Counted from the first letter of the stretch, positions 18,025 to 28,803 are shown. The stretch is 64,000 bases of DNA from Candidatus Kapaibacterium sp. (GCA_963665665.1 OY762428.1:640001-704000), one strand, 5' to 3'. Numbers and translations: made by a program. Notes: generated from the letters alone by a model not told the origin.

Positions 18025-19302
18025 ATGAAAAAATTCATTTTATTAAGCACGTTCTTATCATTCTTATTTTCTGCCGGGGCGTTTGCCGGGGAGCAGGATA
18101 CCTTATGGACGAAAGCATTGTCCGGAGCAACAAATGTGTTCTTCACGCCTGATGACCAATCAATAATTACGAATCGGATTAACCAGATTGTTGAATTAGA
18201 TGTAAGTACTGGGGAAGTTCTAAGGGAATCAAAAAAAATCAGGTCTTCTTTTGTTGAATTTGAACTATCATACTCAGGCAACTATATTTTTATACTTCAC
18301 TATAATCAGGACTATGTATCACTTGTTAATTATAATGATTTTTCAATTAAACAGGCAATTAACCTCAAAGATTCGAACTGGTTGCCACATTCGATAGCCA
18401 TTTCAGCTGATGACAACAATTTAGCAATTGGTGTTCATGATTTAGTGAAGAAAGTTAATTATATTCTGGTTTATGATTCTGAAACGGGTAAATTGATAAA
18501 ACGTTTGGAATCTTCGCAGGTAACCCGATATCTAAAATATTCCCCTGATGGAAAATACCTTGCTGCAATATCTGCTGCTTATGATTTTCAGGATTATCCG
18601 GATGATCCTAAATACTATTTGCATTTATACGATGCAAAAACTTATGAATTTCTAAGAACATTGGATTATACTAAATCGCATACAGAAAAAATTAATTGTG
18701 TAAATTTCAGTAGGGATAGCAAATATCTAATGGAGAGCTGTGGATTGAAGAAATCTCAAGTTTGGGATTTAATAACATTTGAAATAACACAGGAGTATCC
18801 TTTCGAAAATAATACTTTTGGAATCAAAATTACAAATAATAAAAAATTTAGTTTGTTAACATCTCTTGATATTGGGCAACTATATCTTTATACGTATAAT
18901 AATATTGAAGAGAAAATTGTGTATAAGTATCCTGATAGGATAGCAAGATTTAATTTAAGTAATCAAGAAGATTATATTATAGCTAATATGGGTGGATATT
19001 TAATGCTGCTCGTACCATATTGGGAAATGAATAGTATATTTGATGATAAGCAAGAAATTCTATTGGATATTAGTTATAAGAATCAACTTTTAGCTATAAA
19101 ATTTGAATCAAGTACCTCAGAAAATAATGAAATAACTATCTTCGATAATTCCGGAGTAAAGATAAAAACATTATACTCTGGTTTTTCACGAGAAGGCTTG
19201 AATATGATTGAAGAACAATTAAAACTTGCTTCGGGTATCTATCATTTGCAAATGAAGATAGGAGAAAAGGAAATATTCGAAAAATTTATCGTGGTTAACT
19301 AA
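18025..19302 (+). CDS. Secreted WD40-like beta-propeller protein with diverged T9SS CTD
   Basis: Signal peptide; FTPDD, YSPDGKYLA, FSRDSKYL blades; C-terminus IFDNSG...LASGIYHL...KFIVVN. Confidence 0.8.
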   Translation: MKKFILLSTFLSFLFSAGAFAGEQDTLWTKALSGATNVFFTPDDQSIITNRINQIVELDVSTGEVLRESKKIRSSFVEFELSYSGNYIFILHYNQDYVSLVNYNDFSIKQAINLKDSNWLPHSIAISADDNNLAIGVHDLVKKVNYILVYDSETGKLIKRLESSQVTRYLKYSPDGKYLAAISAAYDFQDYPDDPKYYLHLYDAKTYEFLRTLDYTKSHTEKINCVNFSRDSKYLMESCGLKKSQVWDLITFEITQEYPFENNTFGIKITNNKKFSLLTSLDIGQLYLYTYNNIEEKIVYKYPDRIARFNLSNQEDYIIANMGGYLMLLVPYWEMNSIFDDKQEILLDISYKNQLLAIKFESSTSENNEITIFDNSGVKIKTLYSGFSREGLNMIEEQLKLASGIYHLQMKIGEKEIFEKFIVVN

Positions 19303-19374
19303 CCCCGCCTTCGCTTTCAGCGCTGACAGGTTCAGGATTGAAAGCGGCGGCTGTCCCTCAACTCAACCATCATC

Positions 19375-19905
19375 AAAATTCAATAGCCAGATGCTCTATC
19401 TCGTGGATAAAGATATCTTGAGGCTAAGAAAAAGAATCCACCCCCATCTGCTTGCGCAGACACCCCCATCCCGAAAGCGGCGTAGCCGCGACATTTTTGT
19501 AGAAAGGCGAATTCGGAAAGGACAACAGCCCCGTAGGGGCGACATTGGCAAAAGATTGTGTCGCTCCTACGGAGCTTTGAATAATCGTTATGTAAACATT
19601 ATCTACAAAAATCCCGCTCCTACGGAGCTTTTTTTATATGATTTCGATGCTCTTGCGACGGAAGAATCCATCTTTGTTTGCAGATAATGTATGAAGAATG
19701 GATTCTTCGCTCCGCTCAGTATGACAATCCGCCCAGAGCATCGCAAAATTCAATAGCCACGTGCTTTAGCTCGTGGATAAGGGTGCAAGGTGCGGAGGCA
19801 AAGAAAAAGAATCCACCCCGCCCTTTGGGCACCCCAGCCAGCAGGGAAGTTTTATAAAATCAGCCATCCAGAAAGCGGTGTAGCCGCGACATTTTTGTAG
19901 TACGG
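19375..19905 (-). repeat. Cluster of REP-like modules including a GTAG-type pair (19527-19576) and inverted copies of the modules at 44220-44410
   Basis: GTAGGGGCGACA...TGTCGCTCCTAC; TCAATAGCCACGTGCTTTAGCTCGTGG at 19750-19776 and a degenerate copy at 19380-19406; 19375-19505 is repeated at 19745-19905. Confidence 0.85.
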
Positions 19906-20234
19906 GAAACCTTTGATTCTAACATTTTGTCATCAGAATTTGCTTGACTATAAACTAACATATCTATATCAGGTTCATAAGTATTATTATTATTCGTATC
20001 TTTGTAAATACTAATAAATGGTTGACTTTCAAAAAATGCTACCAAATCAATTGCAATTTCGGCAGATATACATTTTTTATTCAAGTCAAAAGTTTTAGGA
20101 TGAAAGATATTTTGAAAAATTGATTATATTGGGGTGGGTGAAAATTGCCTGGAAAAACGGGTCAATTTTTAATGGGAATTAACAAACCAGAATAAGAATA
20201 ATCTTTATTCTGCATTCTTCACATCACTCCATTT

Positions 20235-21347
20235 TTAATATGAAATATTCAATATTTTCATTTTAAGTGTGTTAAATTTATTAACCCACTCATCATATGA
20301 TAAAATACCGCTTTCAGACCAAACCCGGTTAACATCATGGACATTTCCATCAATAATTGGCAAAGCATTTAAAGAACAACTTTGGCAGGGGAATATTTCA
20401 AAATAATCGTATTCACAGTCAAATTTTTGATTTCCAAATTGCATAAAAACAATAATATCTTGTCCCTCCTTTAAATAAAATAATCCATCACTTCTCAAGA
20501 AATTCGTATCAGGATATTGGTACATAGATCCTTCGGAACTCCATAAACTTGAATAAAGAAATGAACTTGAAGTGAAATTCATATATCCTACTGAATTACT
20601 GATTATTTTTTTTAAATTTGGAAATATTGTGTTTTCAGGTAATAATTTTACGACTTGACCTTTAAAAATTGTATCAATTCTAGCTAAAATATTATATCTA
20701 TAATCTGGAGTACTTTCATCAAATGGAGAATATTTATTTCGCATACTGTCAATATCGGTAATATGTACTTTCAAAATATAATCAGCATGAAGAAGTGAAA
20801 ACAATGCATTATTATCAGATGAAACTAATTCTCTGAATTTTTCGCATAAATTATAACGAAGTTTTAATAAACTATTTTTGTATACACCGTACGATTTTTG
20901 TCCGCTATCATATCTATCGTAACTTGAGTCCCTAATTGAATAATCAATTTCTCTATGCAGATCAACCTCACCAATATACTGATTGAAAATAATCGGATTA
21001 TAATCATTCATCATGTATAAAAATTTACAAGTATATTTCATTGTATCATTCAATGAATTCCATGAATCAAGCATGATATCTGTTTCGTGTTCAGTTCCAA
21101 ATCTTAATAAGCTATCAAGATAAATGTAACTTAACATGATTTCATAGGGCATGCCAGTTGAAAGTGGAGGAATACTCCTTATTATTGGAAATTGTGATTG
21201 ATACATTGAATTAGATTCATTAAACCATAGTTTAGTTTTTTCGAATATAGGTTGATTTAAGTATCGTGAGCCTGATTCATTCTGCGCCCAGACTCCTGCG
21301 CTAATTAAGAATGATAAAATTGCTGTCAAAAAAATTAGTTTTTTCAT
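20235..21347 (-). CDS. Hypothetical secreted protein, AT-rich
   Basis: Long ORF; signal peptide MKKLIFLTAILSFLISAGVWAQ from 21347. Confidence 0.75.
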   Translation of the reverse strand: MKKLIFLTAILSFLISAGVWAQNESGSRYLNQPIFEKTKLWFNESNSMYQSQFPIIRSIPPLSTGMPYEIMLSYIYLDSLLRFGTEHETDIMLDSWNSLNDTMKYTCKFLYMMNDYNPIIFNQYIGEVDLHREIDYSIRDSSYDRYDSGQKSYGVYKNSLLKLRYNLCEKFRELVSSDNNALFSLLHADYILKVHITDIDSMRNKYSPFDESTPDYRYNILARIDTIFKGQVVKLLPENTIFPNLKKIISNSVGYMNFTSSSFLYSSLWSSEGSMYQYPDTNFLRSDGLFYLKEGQDIIVFMQFGNQKFDCEYDYFEIFPCQSCSLNALPIIDGNVHDVNRVWSESGILSYDEWVNKFNTLKMKILNISY

Positions 21348-21412
21348 AGCAAAACCTTTTAATTGTTTTAAGAATAGGGAGTATATCATAAATCAATGTA
21401 TCAGCATATATA

Positions 21413-22852
21413 TCAATCACACACATCACAGCTATTGCAATTCTCTTCACCGCTGATGCCAAAATATTCAGATATATACTGTTTCCGGCATTTTCCTGTC
21501 TTGAAATACCTGACAATTTCCAAAAGCCTCATCAGGTCGGATTTTAATTTGGTTTGTGTAAAATCATCATCGAAAAGTAATTCGGGCATATCCCCGGTGA
21601 GCCTTAAATTTCCCTTCGACAGGCTGCCCTCAGATGCTCCATAGCGGTCAAGCATTGCCATTGCTGTTTCAAGGCGGAAATCATTCCTGTTTTTGAAAAC
21701 CAGTTCCTCGCGAAGGAATTCCATTCCAAGAGTATTGATTTTATCCGCATTTGCTTCCAGGATAGCATACAGCCTTCTGTAAAACTTGCTGTCGGGATTT
21801 GACCATTTAATAAAATCCGTTTGAATGTCAACATCGGAGTCGCTGAAGAGCAGTTTGCAAAGTGACGGATCGCCGTCACGTCCTGCACGGCCAATCTCCT
21901 GGTAATATGATTCGATGGAAGACGGCAGTTCGGCATGTATAACGAACCGGATATCTGCTTTATCGATTCCCATACCAAACGCGTTCGTTGCCAGAACCAA
22001 AGATTCTTCGGAGGAAATAAAAATATTTTGTGCGGTCTTTCTTTCAGCCGCTGATAATTTACCATGATAAACCAAATGAGGTATGTTATTCTTACTAAGG
22101 TAAGCTGAGAACTGATCAAGTGTTTTGATCAGTGAGAAATAAATTATTCCCGAACCCCTGAATTTCTGAAGAACAGAAAGAATCTCTTTCATTTTGTCCT
22201 TTTCATCATAAACATCCACAGCTTCAAGGCGAAGGTTAGGCCTTTCGATACCGCTGTTGAATTGAAGTATTTCATCAGGTTCAAGCCCCAGGTTCTTTAT
22301 TATATCCTCTCTTACCGATGGTGTAGCTGTTGCGGTTAAGGCTATTGTCAGAGGGTTGCCGATCAATTCCCGGAATTCAGCTATCCTGGAATAATCAGGC
22401 CTGAAATCATGTCCCCACTGGCTAATGCAATGGGCTTCATCCACCGCGAGAAGAGAAATATTCGATTTTTTAATTCCCTCAACAAATTCTTTTTTCCTGA
22501 ATCTTTCAGGCGTAACGTACAAAAGTTTGATCTTTCCTTTGATGAAAAGCTCAAGTCTTTTTTGTTTATTTTTTTTTGACACAGTGGAATTTATAAATTC
22601 AGCCGGAATGCCTTTTTCTTTTAGTTTATTTACCTGATCCTGCATCAGGGCAATAAGCGGGCTGATAACCAAAGTGCCGCCTTCAAATAGCATTGCCGGC
22701 AATTGATAGCAAAGCGACTTTCCGCCGCCTGTCGGCATTGTAACAAGGCAGTTCTTATTTTCCACAACTAATGAATTAATAATATCTTCCTGTAATGGAA
22801 GGAATTTACTTAATCCGAACTCTTTATTTAGAACCTGTATTATATTTTTCAA
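21413..22852 (-). CDS. recQ: RecQ-family ATP-dependent DNA helicase (short form, no HRDC)
   Basis: MPTGGGKSLCYQ, DEAHCISQWGHDFRPDY, ATNAFGMGIDK, QEIGRAGRDG, C-terminal Zn-binding cysteines. Confidence 0.92.
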   Translation of the reverse strand: MKNIIQVLNKEFGLSKFLPLQEDIINSLVVENKNCLVTMPTGGGKSLCYQLPAMLFEGGTLVISPLIALMQDQVNKLKEKGIPAEFINSTVSKKNKQKRLELFIKGKIKLLYVTPERFRKKEFVEGIKKSNISLLAVDEAHCISQWGHDFRPDYSRIAEFRELIGNPLTIALTATATPSVREDIIKNLGLEPDEILQFNSGIERPNLRLEAVDVYDEKDKMKEILSVLQKFRGSGIIYFSLIKTLDQFSAYLSKNNIPHLVYHGKLSAAERKTAQNIFISSEESLVLATNAFGMGIDKADIRFVIHAELPSSIESYYQEIGRAGRDGDPSLCKLLFSDSDVDIQTDFIKWSNPDSKFYRRLYAILEANADKINTLGMEFLREELVFKNRNDFRLETAMAMLDRYGASEGSLSKGNLRLTGDMPELLFDDDFTQTKLKSDLMRLLEIVRYFKTGKCRKQYISEYFGISGEENCNSCDVCD

Positions 22853-23256
22853 TTGTTATCCTGTTTATTGATTCTCGAATTTGATAAAATTAGTTTGTCA
22901 ATCACATTTCTTTCAATGAGTAAACCGGAGCAGGCTCCGGCCGTGTATGCTACAATGTCTAACGGGTCGAATGTTGAGCCAAGAAAATCATAACCGAAAT
23001 ATTGCATTACTTCAACAAAATAAGCCGGAACCACGATTATGAAAACCCTGAAAGTTTGATTCAGCCTGTCTGCAAGAGACAGGTATGTAAGCAGGTAAAA
23101 AGCAAATGGGATCATGATATCCATCAGGTATCCAAGAACAATATCTTTTAATGGCCCATGATATGTTCTCGGATTAATTACAAGATGCAGGGATGCAACC
23201 AGGATATTGATCAAAACTACTATGATTCTTACAGCTATATCGGCCTTGATTTTCAT
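22849..23256 (-). CDS. Small membrane protein, DUF2809-like
   Basis: Four hydrophobic segments; EVMQY..LGSTFDPLDIVAY motif. Confidence 0.65.
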   Translation of the reverse strand: MKIKADIAVRIIVVLINILVASLHLVINPRTYHGPLKDIVLGYLMDIMIPFAFYLLTYLSLADRLNQTFRVFIIVVPAYFVEVMQYFGYDFLGSTFDPLDIVAYTAGACSGLLIERNVIDKLILSNSRINKQDNN

Positions 23257-23265
23257 GAAATACCA

Positions 23266-23925
23266 TTAATCTAAGTATTGCGCGTAGTGACAACAAAACT
23301 CGATATCATTTTTTAGTATTTTAATATTTTTCATGTTTTTATCCTGAATTTCCTTTTGAGTTATATCATAAATCTCATCTATACTTTTTTCTTTGAAAAT
23401 TTTAACGGAAACAATTTTCAGGTCATACAGAATTTTGGCAAAAGCTGCTCCGATTCCGTTTATTCTTGCTATGTCGCAATAAGAAGCAAGCTGGTCGAAA
23501 TCATTATACTGTTCTTTTAGAGTATCAATGGATTTGATGTTGTCCCGGTTGTGAACAAATAAGAAAAAGTCTTTGGTGTTTTTTATATTCAAATCTATTA
23601 AATCTGATATAAGGCTGCTGCTTATATCAATAAATTTATCAAGATTAATTGGTTTGCTTATATATGACTTTGCTTCCCTAAGCAGGAGAACTATATAATC
23701 CGGAGAAATACCTGATCTGTTTGCAATCTCTTCCTGCTTTTTCTTACTGTTCAAACATTTCATTAATTCTTCCATGTTCAGGTAAGAATTTTCTGAAAAC
23801 CAGGAGAAATTTTTATCAATATTATCCAATAATACTGTTCTCGATGGTAAAAGTCGCTTTGTTGTCAGGATAGTTTTGAAAGTATCAAGAGAAATCTTTT
23901 CTAAGTCAACACTGTAATTTTTCAA
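23266..23925 (-). CDS. DUF4332-like helix-hairpin-helix protein
   Basis: DIARINGIGAAFAKIL HhH-like motif; coupled to neighbours. Confidence 0.6.
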   Translation of the reverse strand: MKNYSVDLEKISLDTFKTILTTKRLLPSRTVLLDNIDKNFSWFSENSYLNMEELMKCLNSKKKQEEIANRSGISPDYIVLLLREAKSYISKPINLDKFIDISSSLISDLIDLNIKNTKDFFLFVHNRDNIKSIDTLKEQYNDFDQLASYCDIARINGIGAAFAKILYDLKIVSVKIFKEKSIDEIYDITQKEIQDKNMKNIKILKNDIEFCCHYAQYLD

Positions 23926-24146
23926 TTCAACCTGTCCTTGTATTTTTGGAAAATTTCTTTGTCTCGTTTATATTTTTTTCGTACAAGTATCAGGAATTTA
24001 ATATTCATCACCATCGAGAGCCCGAAAAATAATCCGGCTAATAAAGATAGAATTGCAGTTTCATGACCGAAAAACAGCAATAAAATTCCACCGAATAGTG
24101 AGATTTGGCCTGTTGCCAATATTTGAAATGCCGTTAATCTTTTCAT
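23922..24146 (-). CDS. Small two-TM hypothetical protein
   Basis: Two hydrophobic helices, basic tail; stop overlaps the next start. Confidence 0.55.
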   Translation of the reverse strand: MKRLTAFQILATGQISLFGGILLLFFGHETAILSLLAGLFFGLSMVMNIKFLILVRKKYKRDKEIFQKYKDRLN

Positions 24147-24222
24147 TTTTTTCTTTACAATATTATATAATTCAAAGTTTTATACATTAATATATACGAT
24201 CCAAACAGGTGGTTGTTATCAG

Positions 24223-25293
24223 CTATTCATCATCAGTCAGTTCGCCAATACAATTTTTCTGCATCAATTTCTTTACTTCCTTCATATTCAGCTTTTCTTT
24301 CGATATAAGATAATATAGCTTGGCAAGGGCTGCTTCAACAGTCATGTCATGTCCGGAAATTACACCTGCCGATTTAAGGGATGTGGCATATTCATCAAGT
24401 ATCACTTCGCCTCGCAGGCATTGTGTAACGGCTACGATTACGGTATCATCATTTTTTGTAGCTTCACTCAGAACTTTGAAAAATTCAGGATTTTTCTCTT
24501 TTGTAGGGCCATTACCAACTCCGTAAGCCTCAATAACAAGTCCCTTTAGTTTTGGTTGTAAAATATGATAAACAAAATCAGCGGAAATACCCGGAAATAA
24601 TCTTAATACTCCAACTTCATAATCCCTTTCGTCTTCGTCCTGCTCAAAATAATAAACAGGGGCCTGTTTTTTTAATTTATCATTAATAAGATCTTCACGT
24701 AGATCGATATTGAAGGAGCGTTTCTTTCTCAGGCCAATATTTACTCCCACTTCTGCCAGTACAGGATAATTCGGGGAATCAAATGCTCCGAACCTGGTTG
24801 CATCTATCTTTGTTGAGCGGCATCCCCTGAAAAGTTTATTATTAAAATAAACAGATACTTCGGGAATATCATAGTTCCCGCAAATTATCAATGAAGTAAG
24901 AAGGTTATCTCTTGCGTCATTCCTGACCTGGCTGTAAGGAATCTGGGAGCCGGTAAGGATAATGCTGTTATTTAGCCCCTGAAGCATGAATCCAAGTACT
25001 GATGCAGTGTATGCCATTGTGTCGGTTCCGTGAAGGACAATCATACCCTGATAATTATTTTTATTTTTATCAATAACTTTCGCGATTTTATTCCAGTCGG
25101 CAGGAGTCATATTCGATGAATCAAGCAGTGGTGACATAGAAATTATGTCAAATGGCGGGATTTGTTCATCTTTGATTTGTCCAAGGTCTTTAATTATTTT
25201 TTTTGGGAAATCCGGATCCGGAATGAAACCTTTTTCAGATGGTATCATACCAATTGTTCCGCCCGTGTATATTATCAGTACTTTGCTATTCAT
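24223..25293 (-). CDS. ansA: L-asparaginase type I (cytoplasmic)
   Basis: YTGGTIGM, DSSNM, HGTDTMAYTAS, TGSQIP, DMTVEAALAKL. Confidence 0.93.
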   Translation of the reverse strand: MNSKVLIIYTGGTIGMIPSEKGFIPDPDFPKKIIKDLGQIKDEQIPPFDIISMSPLLDSSNMTPADWNKIAKVIDKNKNNYQGMIVLHGTDTMAYTASVLGFMLQGLNNSIILTGSQIPYSQVRNDARDNLLTSLIICGNYDIPEVSVYFNNKLFRGCRSTKIDATRFGAFDSPNYPVLAEVGVNIGLRKKRSFNIDLREDLINDKLKKQAPVYYFEQDEDERDYEVGVLRLFPGISADFVYHILQPKLKGLVIEAYGVGNGPTKEKNPEFFKVLSEATKNDDTVIVAVTQCLRGEVILDEYATSLKSAGVISGHDMTVEAALAKLYYLISKEKLNMKEVKKLMQKNCIGELTDDE

Positions 25294-25494
25294 ATCCTGT
25301 CAGTCCGTTTAAATATCTGCCGAAAAATTCAATTTTAATACGAATGCAATTTCGGAAAAATTATCTCTATAGCCAAAATTACTCAAGCCTGATATAGAAA
25401 TAATGATCAATTATCCATACTCCACGTATTTTTTAAGAAGCTGTTTTTTATTATTCCAACTCAGTCCCCGACCACACCCAACCCTCGTAAGGGG

Positions 25495-25558
25495 CCGTGC
25501 CTCCCCGAAGGGGAGGGCTTTGAAGTAAGCCCCTCCTTCGGAGGGGTTTGGGGAGGTC
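25495..25558. repeat. REP-like palindrome (CCTCCCCGAAGGGGAGGGCTT...CCCTCCTTCGGAGGGGTTTGGGGAGG), related to 14809-14845 and 45270-45306
   Basis: GC-rich hairpins in AT-rich intergenic DNA sharing CCTCCCCGAAGGGG.GGGCTTTGAAG. Confidence 0.75.
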
Positions 25559-25820
25559 AGGCAAGACAATATTTTATAGTTCAAATATATTAGTGTGTAA
25601 ATAATTATTATAATAAACAACATAATAAATTACGACATTGCCCTTATAAATCGTTGATTTTTTGTTCCGGGGTAAGGAGTTCTAAATGTACATACTTTAT
25701 TTGAGCCACTGATTCATAACTCATAAGAAGTCCGTGCTTAATTAAAATTCTTAAAGTAATAAAATGCTCCCAACATTCTTTTTCAGGAAGGCCAGAATAT
25801 TAATATTTTTTCTTCCAGAA

Positions 25821-27347
25821 TTAATAGATTACAGATGCCACAGTTTTTTCCTGAACATCCTTCCTTTTTTTGCCAAATATAATATAATTCCCTTCCTGGA
25901 GTAGCAGGGGCCTTGTTTGTTTCAGTTCCCTTACAAGTTCATCGCCAATGATATTGAATTGCCTGTAGAAATATACAACCGGAATATCCGGGAAATTGTC
26001 GGCATCCCTTACAGCTTTATAGCTTAACCTGCCTGCCGGCATTTCCGCCCTGATCACATTTAAAGGATCAATCTCCAAACCCAGCTTTATCATATACCAG
26101 TCAAGCTGGGCATTCATATTTCCTGAATCGGAACCCTCGTTGTAAAGGTAGTAATAGTAATCCGCGTCCATCTCGGAAATTGATTTGGCCACTGCAAGAG
26201 CTCCGGTATATTCTGCACTTTCGGCAGAATAATTATTCCATCCCAGCCTTGCCATTAATATTACACTCAAAATCAAAACCGAATTAGTTAGAAAATTAGG
26301 TGAAAAGTTTATTTCTTTTTTGATTAATAATGGAGTTGCCGGTATTAAGATTATCAAAAGCAGGGTAATTATTCCCCCGACAGAAAATATTCCGTTAAAT
26401 ATCAGCAGCAAAAAACCCTGCATCAATGTAGGGAAAACGGATAAGGGCAGTGTAAGAAAAGCGAGTAATACGGCGCTTATTCTTTTGTTAGTATTCTGCG
26501 ATGATTCCAGAACTTCAATAAACATGAATACGGAATATATGCCCGGTATAATCATCAAAAGAAGAAGGTCGGGAATTATTATAGATACAACAGAAAGAAC
26601 AATATATATTAATATCGTCAAATCAATAGATAAGAATTTTGCTCTGCCATCTCCGAAATTTCCAACAAATTTATTTCTGAAATCACGTCCAAACAGACTA
26701 ATAATAAAAGGAATAATAAGAATCATAACAGGTGCAGATATTATCAGCATTACCGGGTAATAAAAAAGGGCTGAAAGAGGATAAAATTCCTCTCTGAATT
26801 CCACAAATGAAAATTGCATTCCAAATAAAATAATGAACAATAATGCAACAGAAAATCTTAATATTTTGTTTCGATTAGAATCAAAAAAAGCGAAATATAT
26901 TGCCCCGGTAAGGAAAAACAGCAAAGGCATACTTTCATCTGCTGACCGGGCAATACTGTTGAAAGACAGAGACACTGCAATAAGAACGGCAGCACCAAGA
27001 GCATTTTCCCAGTTAAGAAATCGTTTACCAATTAAATAAAATAAGAAAACAGTGATTGATCCCATCAGTGCATTTACGAATCGCATGGAAAATGTATCAT
27101 CAGATATTGCAAGCGGCAATGCCCTAAGATATTGTGCCGGGTTTGTACTTTCTATCAATCCGGCAAAATTCTCAAAGAATCCGCCTTTAACAATCGCCGA
27201 AGAAGCCAGTGCATTTTCAGCTTCCTCCGGTTGTACTTCCGCGCCGCCAAGCCTGATAAAAAAAAGTAATGCACATATCAGCAATATTATTAGATTTTCC
27301 TGTTTCAATTTATTCAATGCCTTATTCATATTAATCCTTCCTGTCAT
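25821..27347 (-). CDS. Polytopic membrane protein, ArnT/GT39 (GT-C) glycosyltransferase-like
   Basis: Many TM helices; N-terminal EE after TM1; FSMRFVNALMG..TVFLFYLIGKR motif. Confidence 0.6.
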   Translation of the reverse strand: MTGRINMNKALNKLKQENLIILLICALLFFIRLGGAEVQPEEAENALASSAIVKGGFFENFAGLIESTNPAQYLRALPLAISDDTFSMRFVNALMGSITVFLFYLIGKRFLNWENALGAAVLIAVSLSFNSIARSADESMPLLFFLTGAIYFAFFDSNRNKILRFSVALLFIILFGMQFSFVEFREEFYPLSALFYYPVMLIISAPVMILIIPFIISLFGRDFRNKFVGNFGDGRAKFLSIDLTILIYIVLSVVSIIIPDLLLLMIIPGIYSVFMFIEVLESSQNTNKRISAVLLAFLTLPLSVFPTLMQGFLLLIFNGIFSVGGIITLLLIILIPATPLLIKKEINFSPNFLTNSVLILSVILMARLGWNNYSAESAEYTGALAVAKSISEMDADYYYYLYNEGSDSGNMNAQLDWYMIKLGLEIDPLNVIRAEMPAGRLSYKAVRDADNFPDIPVVYFYRQFNIIGDELVRELKQTRPLLLQEGNYIIFGKKRKDVQEKTVASVIY

Positions 27348-28203
27348 ATACCGCTATTAAATGTTCCTTTTTGTTTATTACTTTACTCGCCAGCGCATCC
27401 CATGCTTTCCATATTGAGAAAGGAGCCCAGGCGGATAGCCTGTACATTCTGAGCATAAGTAAAGCCTTATTTCCAAACGATTTTATTATTATTTTTGCAT
27501 TGCTACCATCTATCAGTTTCTCCATCCGGGATTCGTCAAAAGAATGTAAATGAGCGTTTCTTGGCGTTGGTTTGTTACAATGAACGCAAAGCGAGTAAAT
27601 AATCTTTTCTTTATAAGGAGTGCTTATAATCAGGCGTCCGCCCGGCTTTAATAAATTGAACAGCGAGAGCGCAAATTTTTCCGGATCAACCGTGTGTTCA
27701 ATTATTTCAGCAGCAATAATAATATCAAACGATTTTCCGGGGAAAGGAGGATTCAATGCATCGCCTGCAACTGCGTAATGATTATCATTCTTAACAATTT
27801 CAAGAGCTTTTGAGGTATTCACCGGTGATATATCAAACGATACAACCTTGTGCCCCTTGGGAATAAAAGATTTTGCAGCCCATGCGCTTCCGCATCCAAC
27901 ATCGAGAATTAGTTTTTTACCGTCTGGCACATAAGACTGAATATATTGCCTTAGCCTTCGTTCGTCGTCGGCTGTTGCCGGACAGTCCCTTTCTTCGAAA
28001 TAATCAAATTCCTCAGCATCTGTGATATAATGATCTATATAATCCATGTCCGTACCCGTCTTATCAGGCAATAAAACCGGAACATTTTCAAAATATTCGT
28101 ATGCTTTATTGCAAGAATTACAACTGATTAAGTTATCCCCGAATTTCAACTCAGACTTGCATTTCGGACATATTAGATTTATTTCAGTCTCAATTTTATT
28201 CAT
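27331..28203 (-). CDS. Class I SAM-dependent methyltransferase with N-terminal Trm112-like Zn knuckle
   Basis: CPKCK..CNSC..ENVPVLL; ILDVGCGS; FDIIIAAEIIEH; LKPGGRLIISTP. Confidence 0.85.
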   Translation of the reverse strand: MNKIETEINLICPKCKSELKFGDNLISCNSCNKAYEYFENVPVLLPDKTGTDMDYIDHYITDAEEFDYFEERDCPATADDERRLRQYIQSYVPDGKKLILDVGCGSAWAAKSFIPKGHKVVSFDISPVNTSKALEIVKNDNHYAVAGDALNPPFPGKSFDIIIAAEIIEHTVDPEKFALSLFNLLKPGGRLIISTPYKEKIIYSLCVHCNKPTPRNAHLHSFDESRMEKLIDGSNAKIIIKSFGNKALLMLRMYRLSAWAPFSIWKAWDALASKVINKKEHLIAVYDRKD

Positions 28204-28364
28204 TTTCCAGCTTTCCAATTTTTCATTAACCAAAAATAAGGCTTTTTAACCAAAACTTCACCAGTATGGTTGTAGTAATTTGAAAAGATATAACTTATTT
28301 ATTGCCTGTTTTATCTTTTTTTCATACATTTCATTTTTTAGTATGTCATATCAGGGGTAAGAAT

Positions 28365-28802
28365 ATGGTCAGGTCAGCAGTAATATTAGTCTTTCTTCTT
28401 GCAGTGTTCAGTGCTTGCAAAACCGTGGAGGAAAAAGACAAAAATATCCAGAAGGGGCCGGAGTATACCGAAACCGGCAGCGGATTGAAATATCTTGAAC
28501 TGAAAGAAGGTATTGGAGAGAAACCACGGTACGGCCAAACTGTATTCATAAAAATTGTCGGGAAGCTTGAAGACGGAAAAGAATTTGAAAATTCTTATAA
28601 TACAGATGACCTGATTGAATTTGTTTACGGTGAAGGAATTCCGATAAGGGGTGTTGAAGAAGGTGTTGCTACGATGAAACCCGGAGGAAAAAGACGCCTG
28701 GTAATACCTCCCGACCTTGCCTATGGCAGGCGCGGTGTTGGCGAGAAAATACCTCCGAACGCCACATTAATAATTGATGTTGAATTAGTGAAAGTACAGT
28801 GA
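28365..28802 (+). CDS. FKBP-type peptidyl-prolyl isomerase, lipoprotein
   Basis: Lipobox FSAC; SGLKY, GKLEDGKEF, GGKRRLVIPPDLAYG, IPPNATL. Confidence 0.92.
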   Translation: MVRSAVILVFLLAVFSACKTVEEKDKNIQKGPEYTETGSGLKYLELKEGIGEKPRYGQTVFIKIVGKLEDGKEFENSYNTDDLIEFVYGEGIPIRGVEEGVATMKPGGKRRLVIPPDLAYGRRGVGEKIPPNATLIIDVELVKVQ

Positions 28803-28803
28803 A

